Part shown: piece after piece, positions 9,486 to 18,475 of the stretch
How positions within the stretch are numbered: position 1 is the first letter of the stretch
Layout: each line of letters begins with the position of its first letter
Origin: Candidatus Magasanikiibacteriota bacterium
GTDB lineage: Bacteria; Patescibacteriota; Patescibacteriia; Magasanikbacterales; UBA922
Length of the DNA: 64,000 bases
Direction of reading: 5' to 3'
Assembly: GCA_018650645.1 (NCBI GenBank)
Contig: JABIFP010000020.1
Location: 82,529 to 146,528 of the forward strand
The notes under the pieces: model-generated
The model's database searches: none
The model's input: the letters and a program-made list of their open reading frames with translations, nothing else
Told to the model about the DNA's origin: nothing
Position numbers and translations under genes: made by a program

Positions 9486-10576
9486 TACATTTCAATGACT
9501 GTTTTGTCTCCAATAATCATGCGATGTCCTTCCATCCCCTCGCCTGTTCTTTTTATCAACTGCGCATTTTTTCCAATCAAACTTTCACTAATCACAATTG
9601 GCGCATCAACTTTCGCATTTGCTAATACTATAGAATGTTTAATCGTTGCTCTATAAATTTCTGCACCGGCTCCAATAGTCACATCAGGGCCAATAACACA
9701 GCTTTTTAATACACAGTTTTCTCCAATAATCGCAGGACCGTGAATAATCACATCTGCGGCAATATCAGCTCCAACACCAATGTGTACTTTTCCATTTATT
9801 GTTGCTTCTTCATGAATTTCTCCCTGCTTTGGAAAATCTTTTTCATCCATATGCTTCATAAGAAGCGCATTGGCCAAAAGCAAATCTTTTGGTTTCCCCG
9901 TATCTTTCCACCAACCGGTAATTTCTTTGTAGCCAACTGATTTTCCGGTCTTCAAAAAGTTTGAGTGAATTGATGAAATTTCATATTCTCCTCTATGACT
10001 TTTTTCAATATTGTTATACGCTTCAAAAAACACCTTTGGTCCGTACAAGTATACTCCTGTGACAGCATAATTATTTGGTGGATTCTCTGGCTTTTCATGA
10101 ACATCCACAAGCACACCAGCATCGTCAAAAATCGGTACTCCAAACCGTTGTGGGTCTGGTACTTCTGAAAGCGCGAGCATGCAGTCATGCCCCTTATCAG
10201 AAAACTCTTGAACCATGTCTTTTAATGAACCGAGCAAAATATTGTCAGACAAATAAAACATGAACGGATCGTCTCCAATAAATTTTTCAGCTTCTTTTAC
10301 CACATGAGCAATTCCTTGCGGTCCGCCTGTTTGTTCAAAATATTTGATCGTAATACCCCAATGTCCACCATCGCCAATATGATCCTGCAGTGATGTTTCA
10401 CCCGGATTTGTGTTAATGAAGATTTCGGTTACACCCGCATCAATCGCTTTTTCAATGGCATGATAAATCATCGGCTTGTTTCCAAGCGGCAGTAAATGCT
10501 TATTAATGGTTGTGGTAATTGGATGTAATCGCGTTGCACGGCCCCCACCGGTCAAAATCGCTTTTCTGATTTTCAT
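9485..10576 (-). CDS. Sugar-1-phosphate nucleotidylyltransferase (RfbA/GlmU-like N-terminal domain + C-terminal left-handed beta-helix hexapeptide repeats)
   Basis: N-terminal AILTGGGRATRL nucleotidyltransferase motif; C-terminal [LIV]G-x4 hexapeptide repeats. Confidence 0.7.
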   Translation of the reverse strand: MKIRKAILTGGGRATRLHPITTTINKHLLPLGNKPMIYHAIEKAIDAGVTEIFINTNPGETSLQDHIGDGGHWGITIKYFEQTGGPQGIAHVVKEAEKFIGDDPFMFYLSDNILLGSLKDMVQEFSDKGHDCMLALSEVPDPQRFGVPIFDDAGVLVDVHEKPENPPNNYAVTGVYLYGPKVFFEAYNNIEKSHRGEYEISSIHSNFLKTGKSVGYKEITGWWKDTGKPKDLLLANALLMKHMDEKDFPKQGEIHEEATINGKVHIGVGADIAADVIIHGPAIIGENCVLKSCVIGPDVTIGAGAEIYRATIKHSIVLANAKVDAPIVISESLIGKNAQLIKRTGEGMEGHRMIIGDKTVIEM

Positions 10577-10588
10577 ATGAGGGAAATA

Positions 10589-11692
10589 TTACCACCAAAC
10601 AATGGCTTTTACAAGTATATGATAGGCTTTCATAAGCGGATTCCCAATATAGGTTAATATTGGGCTGTTTACTGCTTCATCTTGGAAATCAATAACTCCC
10701 ACACTTTTTTTTAACATTTGTCTATCACTAACTGTCCGGATCTGCTGAATGTTCTTTCTTTTCCTTAGCCAAATTCTCACGTTTTTAGGCTGTGCCCAGT
10801 ATGCATACACGTTTAATCGCTTTTTAAACCAACCACCCTTTATTGCAAAGAGAATCAGTCCGCACTCAAGCACTAACATCATAGGCAGTAGCACCAGTAA
10901 TGTGCGCCACTTAAAGTACATCAGCCACACCGCAAATCGATTTCTTTCCATCCAGAAAAATTTATCAATACTTCTCCCGAATTGATATTTATGATAAAAC
11001 ACCGAGTCGCGCACTAATACACTCTTATATCCAAGTGAGCGTAGACGGAAACACCATTCCATATCTTCATGATACATGAAAAAATCCGGATCCCATCCGC
11101 CATGCTTTTTAATTAAATCTGCCCGTACAAGAAGTGCCGCACCACTTGCATATCCAACTTCTTTTATTTTTGGTAAATCAAGTTCTTTTATTGGGGTACG
11201 ATTTTCATCAGTATACCCAAATCCTAAATAGTGAAACGCATTTCCAGCACTATTCACTAATTCTGTTTCTGGATGCAAAAGCATAAGCGATTGCGCAACG
11301 CCAATAGTTTCGTCGCTTTGGAGTGCTTCAACAAGGGGTTCAAACGCATGCCGCGCAAAAAAACCATCGTTATTGTGATAAAACACATAATCATATCCAT
11401 GCTCGAGTGCCCAGTCTCCACCAATATTATTTCCTCCTGCAAATCCAAGATTCTCGTCTTGTGGTAAATATACACACTCTGGCAATTCTTTTCCTGAGTA
11501 CGGCATGACAGCATCATGCACGTATCTGCTAAAGAGTCCTTTTTCAGGATGAGGATTATTTACAACGACAAACGCTAACCTATCTTTTGGATACGTCACT
11601 TTTTTGAGCGCTGAAACAGCATCATCAATATACGACTCGTTATGATAATAGAGCAAATAGACAATTGCAATTTTTGGGAGTTTCTTTTCCAT
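10589..11692 (-). CDS. Glycosyltransferase family 2 (WbbL/rhamnosyltransferase-like) with C-terminal TM helices
   Basis: YHEDMEWCFRL motif shared with the three downstream GT2 paralogs; hydrophobic C-terminus. Confidence 0.6.
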   Translation of the reverse strand: MEKKLPKIAIVYLLYYHNESYIDDAVSALKKVTYPKDRLAFVVVNNPHPEKGLFSRYVHDAVMPYSGKELPECVYLPQDENLGFAGGNNIGGDWALEHGYDYVFYHNNDGFFARHAFEPLVEALQSDETIGVAQSLMLLHPETELVNSAGNAFHYLGFGYTDENRTPIKELDLPKIKEVGYASGAALLVRADLIKKHGGWDPDFFMYHEDMEWCFRLRSLGYKSVLVRDSVFYHKYQFGRSIDKFFWMERNRFAVWLMYFKWRTLLVLLPMMLVLECGLILFAIKGGWFKKRLNVYAYWAQPKNVRIWLRKRKNIQQIRTVSDRQMLKKSVGVIDFQDEAVNSPILTYIGNPLMKAYHILVKAIVWW

Positions 11693-11693
11693 A

Positions 11694-12620
11694 CTAGAGT
11701 GAATAATAATGATGTTGGCCGCGCCATTTCCACAAATACTTGAACCAACTTTTTACATGAATACGTGCGAGTTTGTTTTTAAATAATGCTCTAAATACTC
11801 CTGGTACTTTCGCGGAACCTCTGCCATGAATATGTACCAGTGTCACTGTTGGCACATAATACACTGGCCACCCAGCATCCCACATCCTGCGGCACCAATC
11901 GATATCTTCATAATACATAAAGAACCGATCATCAAACATGCCCACCTGCTTCATAGCATCTGCGCGCACAAACATTGCAGACCCCATGAGGGCATCCACC
12001 GGCCGCACTTTGCTGTGGTCAATCTCTTTCATGTGATGAAACGCCACCCGCTGCTTTCCGTGATCAGTTTGACCAAGTCTTGTTCGCTGATATAACGGCT
12101 GCAATAGTGGTGGAAATCGCCAACAAGAAAATTGTAATCCACCATCCGGATACTGTAATCGTGGGCCAATCATACCAATGCGTGGATTCTCTTGCATAAA
12201 CTGGTACAGCCCCTCAATAACCGATTCACCTGTCAAAAATTCTGTGTCTGGATTCAGTGCAAAATAATATTGCGCCTCATGTGCGCTGAGACCCGCATTT
12301 TGTGCAAACCCGAATCCTTTATTCTCTGACAGCTCAATACAGTGCACATTGGGAAATCGTTTTTGCAAAAATGCTTTTATTCCATCACCCGAATTATTAT
12401 CAACCACGGTGATTTGCACAGAAAGACTGCTTTTTACTAATTCCGCGTATAGCGAAGAAAGACAGACTTCAATGTTGTCTTTCATTTTGTAGTTTACAAT
12501 GACAATTGAGACATCTTTCATATTACGTGTTCCAGTAAATACGCATCTGTTTCCATGAGAGTTGGCGTTTGGCAGTAATTTCTTTTCTTCTCTTACGAAT
12601 CGACCCATAGTTACGCACAC
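11694..12620 (-). CDS. Glycosyltransferase family 2 (rhamnosyltransferase-like)
   Basis: VSIVIVNYK...VVDNNSGDG GT-A N-terminus and YYEDIDWCRR motif. The true start is probably the internal MKDVSIV, which removes the overlap with the upstream gene. Confidence 0.7.
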   Translation of the reverse strand: MCVTMGRFVREEKKLLPNANSHGNRCVFTGTRNMKDVSIVIVNYKMKDNIEVCLSSLYAELVKSSLSVQITVVDNNSGDGIKAFLQKRFPNVHCIELSENKGFGFAQNAGLSAHEAQYYFALNPDTEFLTGESVIEGLYQFMQENPRIGMIGPRLQYPDGGLQFSCWRFPPLLQPLYQRTRLGQTDHGKQRVAFHHMKEIDHSKVRPVDALMGSAMFVRADAMKQVGMFDDRFFMYYEDIDWCRRMWDAGWPVYYVPTVTLVHIHGRGSAKVPGVFRALFKNKLARIHVKSWFKYLWKWRGQHHYYSL

Positions 12621-13623
12621 ATACCCCTAATCCTGATATTACTTTTGGATGAGTGAATAAAAGATACACGAACTTCTTTCCTTCATACCATATCACAGGC
12701 AATGCATCAAGCAATCCATTCTGCCAGTACTCGTTTTTATACAAGGTGATCAAATGGTTCTTATAGCTATGATATTGTACCCAGCTACTTTGACTGCGCT
12801 TATTCTTTGCCGCCGTAAAGTCATCTTTCTTTACCGGACCAGCCGCACTTCTATCATGATGAGCAACAGCTTTTAGTACAATAGCAGATTTTTTCCCCGC
12901 ACTCGCTAATCGATAGGCTAAATCTACATCTTCTTTATACGAAACGTACAACTCGTCAAACATGTTGCCATCACTGAAGGCAACATCATCAATTGCTTTT
13001 GTTCTATACATCGGCAAGGCTCCGGAAAGACCAAATACTGGTAATACTTCTGCTGGCATTTCCTTGTGTAACTCCTTCCAATCTTTGGTTGTATGCAAAT
13101 CAGTAACTCGTCTGTTTTTATATACCTGTAAACCAAGAGAGTCCACCTGACTGGTACATATTTTTTCAAAAGGAATATGGTCTTCTGCCATCAAACTAAA
13201 ATTCCACTTCATAAGCCGTGGTGAAACAGCATCATATTCTTTATGTGTATCGAGGAAAGTAACCAGCTGCTCAAACAAATTTGGATGCAAATGCATATCT
13301 TGATTAAGAAGCAGCATATATTCACCAGCACCTTTTTTATAAAGCGCATTGTGTCCACCAGCAAATCCAAGGTTTTTTTCATTTTTATACATGGTCATGG
13401 GGAGTGCCTCAGCATATGCTTCCATTTCCTTCACCATGCCATCTTCTGAGCCATTATCCCAAACATGCAGTTTCCAATCTTTATATGTCTGTCCTTTTAG
13501 CGATTCAAAAAGTGCAGGCACATATTTTGCCCCGTTCCAGCTTACTAATTGTACAGAAAGTTTTGCCATACTATTTTTTACGAGCGTGCAGCTTATCAGC
13601 AATCCAAGCGAGCGCAATTCCAA
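12523..13623 (-). CDS. Glycosyltransferase family 2 (rhamnosyltransferase-like)
   Basis: LSVQLVSWNG...WDNGSEDG and YKEDVDLAYRL motifs. Confidence 0.6.
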   Translation of the reverse strand: MELRSLGLLISCTLVKNSMAKLSVQLVSWNGAKYVPALFESLKGQTYKDWKLHVWDNGSEDGMVKEMEAYAEALPMTMYKNEKNLGFAGGHNALYKKGAGEYMLLLNQDMHLHPNLFEQLVTFLDTHKEYDAVSPRLMKWNFSLMAEDHIPFEKICTSQVDSLGLQVYKNRRVTDLHTTKDWKELHKEMPAEVLPVFGLSGALPMYRTKAIDDVAFSDGNMFDELYVSYKEDVDLAYRLASAGKKSAIVLKAVAHHDRSAAGPVKKDDFTAAKNKRSQSSWVQYHSYKNHLITLYKNEYWQNGLLDALPVIWYEGKKFVYLLFTHPKVISGLGVCVRNYGSIRKRRKEITAKRQLSWKQMRIYWNT

Positions 13624-14440
13624 TTGGCCTCGCTACAGCCAGCGGCATCCACTTATACCACGGTTCCCATTTTTTAAAGTAGGTCACCATACTTTTAGTA
13701 AATTGCTGTTGTTTCCACAGCGTTGTGCGCTGTTTAAAACTCTGCCCAACATAATCGATTGCTTCAATAATCGGCGTATACACCACATCATATCCAAGCC
13801 GCCGTGTTTCGCGGCAAATATCAACGTCTTCATACCAAATAAAATACCTTGGATCCCATGCCCAACCAAGTTCTTGTACTATTTCTTTTCGCATAAGCAT
13901 AAACGCCCCTCGCACAGAATCAACTGAATGCTCTAGGGTAAAATCAACGCCTTTCATATGATATTTATCCAAAAGCTTTGGGAACACATGATGCAGCTTC
14001 AGAATCATAGTCAGCTGTTCAAAAAACTGTGGAAACCGTCTTGGTGTTGCCGCTTCATTGAGGTTTCCGTGTTCATCAACTAATGTTGGGCTGGCAATAC
14101 CAACTTTTGGATGCTTAATCATCCAATCGAGTAGAATAGGCAGTGAACCTGGTTTCAGCTGCATGTCTGGATTCAAAAAAAGGAGCCAATCCCCTTTTGC
14201 ATGTTCAAGCGCCTGATTGTTTGCTGCTCCAAATCCGGCATTATAATTATTTGCCAAAACAAGTACCTCTGGATGTTTTCCAAGGATATGTGCTGGTGTG
14301 CCATCTGTTGAGGCATTATCTACAATAATTTGCTGAATATGAAGATCGCCTGCCGCAGCTAACACGCTTTGCAATTGCCGATCGATAAGCTCTTTACTGT
14401 TCCAAGTCACGGTAATTACCGTAATATCTGTGCGTGTCAT
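13571..14440 (-). CDS. Glycosyltransferase family 2 (rhamnosyltransferase-like)
   Basis: ITVITVTWNS...VDNASTDGT and WYEDVDICRE motifs. Confidence 0.7.
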   Translation of the reverse strand: MTRTDITVITVTWNSKELIDRQLQSVLAAAGDLHIQQIIVDNASTDGTPAHILGKHPEVLVLANNYNAGFGAANNQALEHAKGDWLLFLNPDMQLKPGSLPILLDWMIKHPKVGIASPTLVDEHGNLNEAATPRRFPQFFEQLTMILKLHHVFPKLLDKYHMKGVDFTLEHSVDSVRGAFMLMRKEIVQELGWAWDPRYFIWYEDVDICRETRRLGYDVVYTPIIEAIDYVGQSFKQRTTLWKQQQFTKSMVTYFKKWEPWYKWMPLAVARPIGIALAWIADKLHARKK

Positions 14441-14465
14441 ATAGGCCTAGTGTAGCGATATTTTA

Positions 14466-14502
14466 GGAAAAAAACAACCCCTACGTCGCACGGACGTAGG
14501 GG
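14466..14502 (-). terminator. Intrinsic terminator for the foreign gene: CCCCTACGTC-GCACG-GACGTAGGGG followed by a T-run on the minus strand
   Basis: Perfect 10-bp stem, 5-nt loop, and a T7 tract on the minus strand immediately downstream of the stop at 14538. Confidence 0.65.
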
Positions 14503-14537
14503 GTGGCCGAAGTGGCCAGGTCAGGTGCTGAGATGCC

Positions 14538-15074
14538 TCAGCCCGTGAAGGTGACCAGCCGCGCCGCGATGTCGGCAAGCTCGAGGATCTCCACGGACAT
14601 GTCCGTCAGACTGCCCACCGGCACCAGGACCGCATCGTAGCCGATGATCCGGTTCTGGTCCTTCTGGAGCAAGTGCGAAAGCGCCCACACCTCACCGTCG
14701 ACGACGAAGTTTCCGCTCTCATCGACCGTGAACTCCTTCTTCTGGAAGACGATCCAGTGGGTCAGGCCCGCGCGGTGGACAACCTTGCCATCCTTCACGC
14801 AGATGAAGCCAGCGATCGCTTCCGCAGGCATGGCCGACTCACCTTGCCCGTTGTAGTACGTGACCCCTTCCGGGCACACCAGGCGAAGGGTCGGCTCGGC
14901 GTCGATGATGGGCGCGCCGTACGCGCCGTTCTTCAACTGGTAGAAGAGGTTCTGACCATCTTTCCCCGGGTTGAAGAAGTTGTAGCTGTCCGCCTCGTAG
15001 GTCATGGTGGTCTTGCTGTCCCCCACGACTGCGAACTCAAACACCCACTGACCACAGGTGATTTTCACCTTCAT
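14538..15074 (-). CDS. Compositionally foreign (high-G+C) hypothetical protein of 178 aa (MKVKITCGQWVFEF...); function unknown
   Basis: Strong G/C bias at third codon positions, unlike the neighbours. Consensus SD AAGGAG 6 nt before the ATG at 15074. Own terminator. The supplied 206-aa ORF extends upstream of the SD-supported start. Confidence 0.6.
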   Translation of the reverse strand: MKVKITCGQWVFEFAVVGDSKTTMTYEADSYNFFNPGKDGQNLFYQLKNGAYGAPIIDAEPTLRLVCPEGVTYYNGQGESAMPAEAIAGFICVKDGKVVHRAGLTHWIVFQKKEFTVDESGNFVVDGEVWALSHLLQKDQNRIIGYDAVLVPVGSLTDMSVEILELADIAARLVTFTG

Positions 15075-15105
15075 CTCAAACTCCTTAAGTCGTGCTCTCC
15101 ACACC

Positions 15106-15135
15106 CAAAAAACAGGCGTAGATACACCTGTTTTA
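15106..15135 (-). terminator. Hairpin plus T-run on the minus strand, downstream of the 15162..15947 gene
   Basis: ACAGG-TGTATCTACG-CCTGT followed by TTTTTT on the minus strand. It lies between the stop at 15162 and the SD of the foreign gene. Confidence 0.4.
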
Positions 15136-15161
15136 TCAAAAAAATCCCTATTTGTCAACCC

Positions 15162-15947
15162 TTACACCTCACTTAATGCCCCATCCACAATCTGCTGCGC
15201 CATTCCTACGCGCTTTCGCCATTCATGCGCATCATTATTGATTTGGTCTCTCCAGTGATCAATACCCCCAGCAGCCTCAACTAATGCCAAAAACTGATGT
15301 GGTGTTTCCCACTCAAGGCCTTCAAATGTCATGTATGACCGCGGCAATGCAGCCTTATGCAGCGCACTCCACCACTGCCCCCAAATACCCACATCGTCTC
15401 TGCTTTGTAACCCTAAAATCACCGCAATGGCTTCGCTCGAATAATAAAAAGCCCCGCTCAAATAATCATGCACCTCGTCTTCACCAAGGGTATGCGCAAT
15501 AACTCTGTTTGCAATGCGCTCTGTTTCAATCAATGGCTCTTGATGCATTGCATACCCGCGTTTTGATCGCTCGCACACAATATAATCCGGTAAAGCTGGC
15601 CAATCAACCACAAAAAGTTCTTTTACAAAGGCTTCTAATTCTTTTTTATGTGATGCACACCAATGCAGTGCCCTATCTAAGTCAATATAGAGTAAACCGT
15701 CTTTTCCATACTTTGCTCCTTCTGCAATTGCACGGCGATAAATCTGCCCCACATTGTTTTCTTTTTGAATCACTACGTTCCACTTCGCTTTTTTTAGTGC
15801 CTCAATAACATTCTTTTTTGTAAGCGGTGTACAAACAACAACAGCACTGCCAAAAAATACTTTTAATCGACCTGCAAATTCTTCTATTCGCGCCAGAAGC
15901 GCTCCCTGAGGATCATGATATGTACACGCAAGAGTAATCTTCGCCAT
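15162..15947 (-). CDS. Hypothetical protein in the glycan cluster (possibly a sugar-nucleotide-dependent transferase); no recognisable motif
   Basis: 261-aa ORF with host-like composition, between rfbD and the GT2 block. Confidence 0.35.
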   Translation of the reverse strand: MAKITLACTYHDPQGALLARIEEFAGRLKVFFGSAVVVCTPLTKKNVIEALKKAKWNVVIQKENNVGQIYRRAIAEGAKYGKDGLLYIDLDRALHWCASHKKELEAFVKELFVVDWPALPDYIVCERSKRGYAMHQEPLIETERIANRVIAHTLGEDEVHDYLSGAFYYSSEAIAVILGLQSRDDVGIWGQWWSALHKAALPRSYMTFEGLEWETPHQFLALVEAAGGIDHWRDQINNDAHEWRKRVGMAQQIVDGALSEV

Positions 15948-15950
15948 AAG

Positions 15951-16793
15951 TTATGTAATATAGTCAGCTAAAGCATCTTGCCAGCTGCGCATGGGTAATC
16001 GTTTTGAATTATTGAGCGTTGTATAGGCAGGTCGTTTTGCTGCCCGCGGATACGCATCAGATCCGCATGGTGTTGTTTTTACATCTAGGGAAGCCAATGC
16101 AAATGCTTCATTTGCAAATGCAAACCAGCTGCATTCCCCACTATTTGCTCCGTGATAGATTCCCGATTCTGCCTTTTCTTCAATAAGCGATTTAGTAAAT
16201 GCTGCCAAATCAGGCGCATATGTTGGTGAACCAACTTCATCATCCACAATTGAAAGTTCTGTCTTTCCCACTTCTTTCACCAAGTAGAGCATGGTATCAA
16301 TAAAACTTCGTTTACTTACTTCACTCTGTCCTTCTTTTCCAAATAATCTTGAAAGTCGAATGATGTAGTACTGCCCACCAACTTCTTGCACTGCTTGCTC
16401 TCCTGCAAGTTTAGATTCCCCGTACACATTTACTGGGCCAGTCTTAGATGCTTCCGCATGTGGCTGTGAGCCATCACCAGCAAATACATAATCAGACGAG
16501 TAATGTACAAATGTGGCACCCATACTTTTGCAGAGTGTTGCTAACTGCTTTGGCACCTCGCTATTTAACCGGAATGCTATTTCTTTTTGCGCAGCGTCTT
16601 CTTCGCACTGATCCACTGCATTATACGCTGCCGCATTAATCACCAATTCCGGTTGTTCTTTTTCAAACAGTGCTTCAACCGCTCCTGTATCAAATAAATC
16701 GAGCTCTGCCCTATCTAACGCTAAAGCATTGGGAAATACTTCCTGCAACGCTCCTCCTAGCATTCCTTTTGCTCCTAAAATTATTGTTTTCAT
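15951..16793 (-). CDS. rfbD: dTDP-4-dehydrorhamnose reductase
   Basis: N-terminal ILGAKGMLGGAL Rossmann motif; YxxxK context; ~280 aa; neighbourhood with rfbB and a cupin epimerase. Confidence 0.75.
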   Translation of the reverse strand: MKTIILGAKGMLGGALQEVFPNALALDRAELDLFDTGAVEALFEKEQPELVINAAAYNAVDQCEEDAAQKEIAFRLNSEVPKQLATLCKSMGATFVHYSSDYVFAGDGSQPHAEASKTGPVNVYGESKLAGEQAVQEVGGQYYIIRLSRLFGKEGQSEVSKRSFIDTMLYLVKEVGKTELSIVDDEVGSPTYAPDLAAFTKSLIEEKAESGIYHGANSGECSWFAFANEAFALASLDVKTTPCGSDAYPRAAKRPAYTTLNNSKRLPMRSWQDALADYIT

Positions 16794-16819
16794 ATATTTG
16801 TGCCTGGATCCTTCGATGC

Positions 16820-16915
16820 CCGGCCTTCGGCCAGGTTACTCAGGATGACATTTCCTTCTTGCTACCGGCCTTTGGCCAGGTTGTTCAGGATGACATTGTT
16901 ATTACTGGTTGTTCA
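16820..16915. repeat. Intergenic tandem repeat, ~2.5 copies of a ~44-nt unit, each with a GGCC-loop-GGCC hairpin followed by AGGTT
   Basis: CCGGCCTTCGGCCAGGTTACTCAGGATGACATT and CCGGCCTTTGGCCAGGTTGTTCAGGATGACATT differ at 3 of 33 positions, then a partial third copy. Located between rfbD and the cupin gene. Confidence 0.6.
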
Positions 16916-16929
16916 GAATGAAACCATCA

Positions 16930-17355
16930 TTATGAAATACTCAACTTCTCGTCTCTCACCTTCAAATACTCATCGTAGTCTTCAATATAATCACTTCTAT
17001 TTGGATTATAGTTTGTTGAAGAAAGCGCCAAAAGTACCGCATCGTCAGAAAAATCTTTGAAATGATGCCACACGTAATTTTGTACATATAGCGCGCTACT
17101 TGGCGCTTGCATTGGCAATTCTTCCAAGCCATTTCCTCTATCAATCACCGCTGTGCAAGAACCAGAAACAAGAATAAAAAATTCTTCTTCCTTTTTATGA
17201 CAATGTGCACCTGTTGGCCCTTCTGGAGAAGTAATATAATACACGCGTTTTACCTCAAAATCAATATACTCATGAAGCTCCACAGGATTCATGGTAAATT
17301 TTCCTGCCACGTGAATTTTTTTTAGCTCAAACTGCTCAAACGCTTTTTTTGCCAT
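16930..17355 (-). CDS. Cupin-fold dTDP-sugar epimerase/3,4-ketoisomerase (RfbC / FdtA / WxcM-like)
   Basis: Single cupin of ~141 aa with conserved His; operon context with rfbB/rfbD. Confidence 0.55.
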   Translation of the reverse strand: MAKKAFEQFELKKIHVAGKFTMNPVELHEYIDFEVKRVYYITSPEGPTGAHCHKKEEEFFILVSGSCTAVIDRGNGLEELPMQAPSSALYVQNYVWHHFKDFSDDAVLLALSSTNYNPNRSDYIEDYDEYLKVRDEKLSIS

Positions 17356-17360
17356 ATCTC

Positions 17361-18413
17361 TTAGGTTACTGACTTCATTTTTTCTTTAGAACGTTCCAGA
17401 TCCTCCTGGAATTTATTCATATCATCCTTCTTTGCTCGGAGTGTTTCTACCCACGCAGTATTACTCTTGTACCATTCAATCGTTTCAAGAAGTCCTCTAT
17501 GAAATTCGTCTATTCCATATTCTGCAGACCACCCAAGCGCCTTCATTTTACTCGCATCAATTGAATACCGTCTGTCATGACCTGGTCTATCTGTAACAAA
17601 TTCGATTTTGTCTTCACCAAATCCCATTGCTTCCAAAATCATTTTTGTCAGTTCCAAATTATTTCTTTCGTTATCAGATCCAATATTATACACCTGCCCT
17701 GGTTCTCCTTTTTGTAGTAATAGGTCGAGTGCTTTTGCATGATCTTTCACATGAATCCAATCGCGAACATTTAGTCCATCTCCATATACTGAAACTGTTT
17801 TTCCTTCTAGCAGTCTGAATACAAAAAACGGAATTAACTTTTCTGGGAATTGATATGGGCCGTAGTTATTAGAACAATGGGTTACCACTACGGGCACACC
17901 ATGTGTTACGTAATACGCATTACACATTAAATCTCCACCTGCTTTTGCTGCCGCATAGGGCATGTTTGGCATAATTGGCGCATCTTCTTTCCAAGATCTT
18001 GGGTCTTCTAATTCAAGCGCACCATATACCTCGTCTGTAGAAACATTCACAAACTTTTTGATGTTGTGATTCTTTACAGCATCCAAAATCATTTGTGTAC
18101 CAAGTGTATTTGTCAGGACAAAATCTTTGCACCCTCCATGAATTGATCGATCTACATGTGTTTCTGCTGCAAAATTGATGACGTGATCAATACCATACTC
18201 ATCCATAACGGCATTTAAGGCATCTAAATCCGTAATGTCTCCCTTCACAAAGGTATACCGAGGATCATCCTGAATATGCTCATGGTTTTCTAGGTTCCCA
18301 GCGTATGTGAGCTTATCAAAATTGATGATCTGCACATCCCCATGCGCCTCAAGCATATGATGGATGAAGTTTGAGCCAATAAAGCCAGCTCCTCCGGTAA
18401 CAAGTAATTTCAT
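17361..18413 (-). CDS. rfbB: dTDP-glucose 4,6-dehydratase
   Basis: MKLLVTGGAGFIGSNF N-terminus, YAAAKAG (YxxxK), ~350 aa extended SDR. Confidence 0.9.
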   Translation of the reverse strand: MKLLVTGGAGFIGSNFIHHMLEAHGDVQIINFDKLTYAGNLENHEHIQDDPRYTFVKGDITDLDALNAVMDEYGIDHVINFAAETHVDRSIHGGCKDFVLTNTLGTQMILDAVKNHNIKKFVNVSTDEVYGALELEDPRSWKEDAPIMPNMPYAAAKAGGDLMCNAYYVTHGVPVVVTHCSNNYGPYQFPEKLIPFFVFRLLEGKTVSVYGDGLNVRDWIHVKDHAKALDLLLQKGEPGQVYNIGSDNERNNLELTKMILEAMGFGEDKIEFVTDRPGHDRRYSIDASKMKALGWSAEYGIDEFHRGLLETIEWYKSNTAWVETLRAKKDDMNKFQEDLERSKEKMKSVT

Positions 18414-18475
18414 AAAACAGTAATAAAGAGTATAGAAAGAGGCCTATATGACCCCTCTAGCCCCGCAATTATACA

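Noticed and set aside
15153-15165. Imperfect 10-bp direct repeat CAACCC(C/T)TAC flanking the 14.5-15.1 kb module, as a target-site duplication
   Set aside because: One mismatch. The left copy is part of the terminator stem, so a chance match is plausible. It is mentioned in the finding but not annotated as a feature.
14673-15176. 167-aa plus-strand ORF inside the G+C-rich module
   Set aside because: High G+C suppresses stop codons on all frames. The minus-strand frame has the consensus SD and the terminator, so the plus-strand frame is treated as an artefact.
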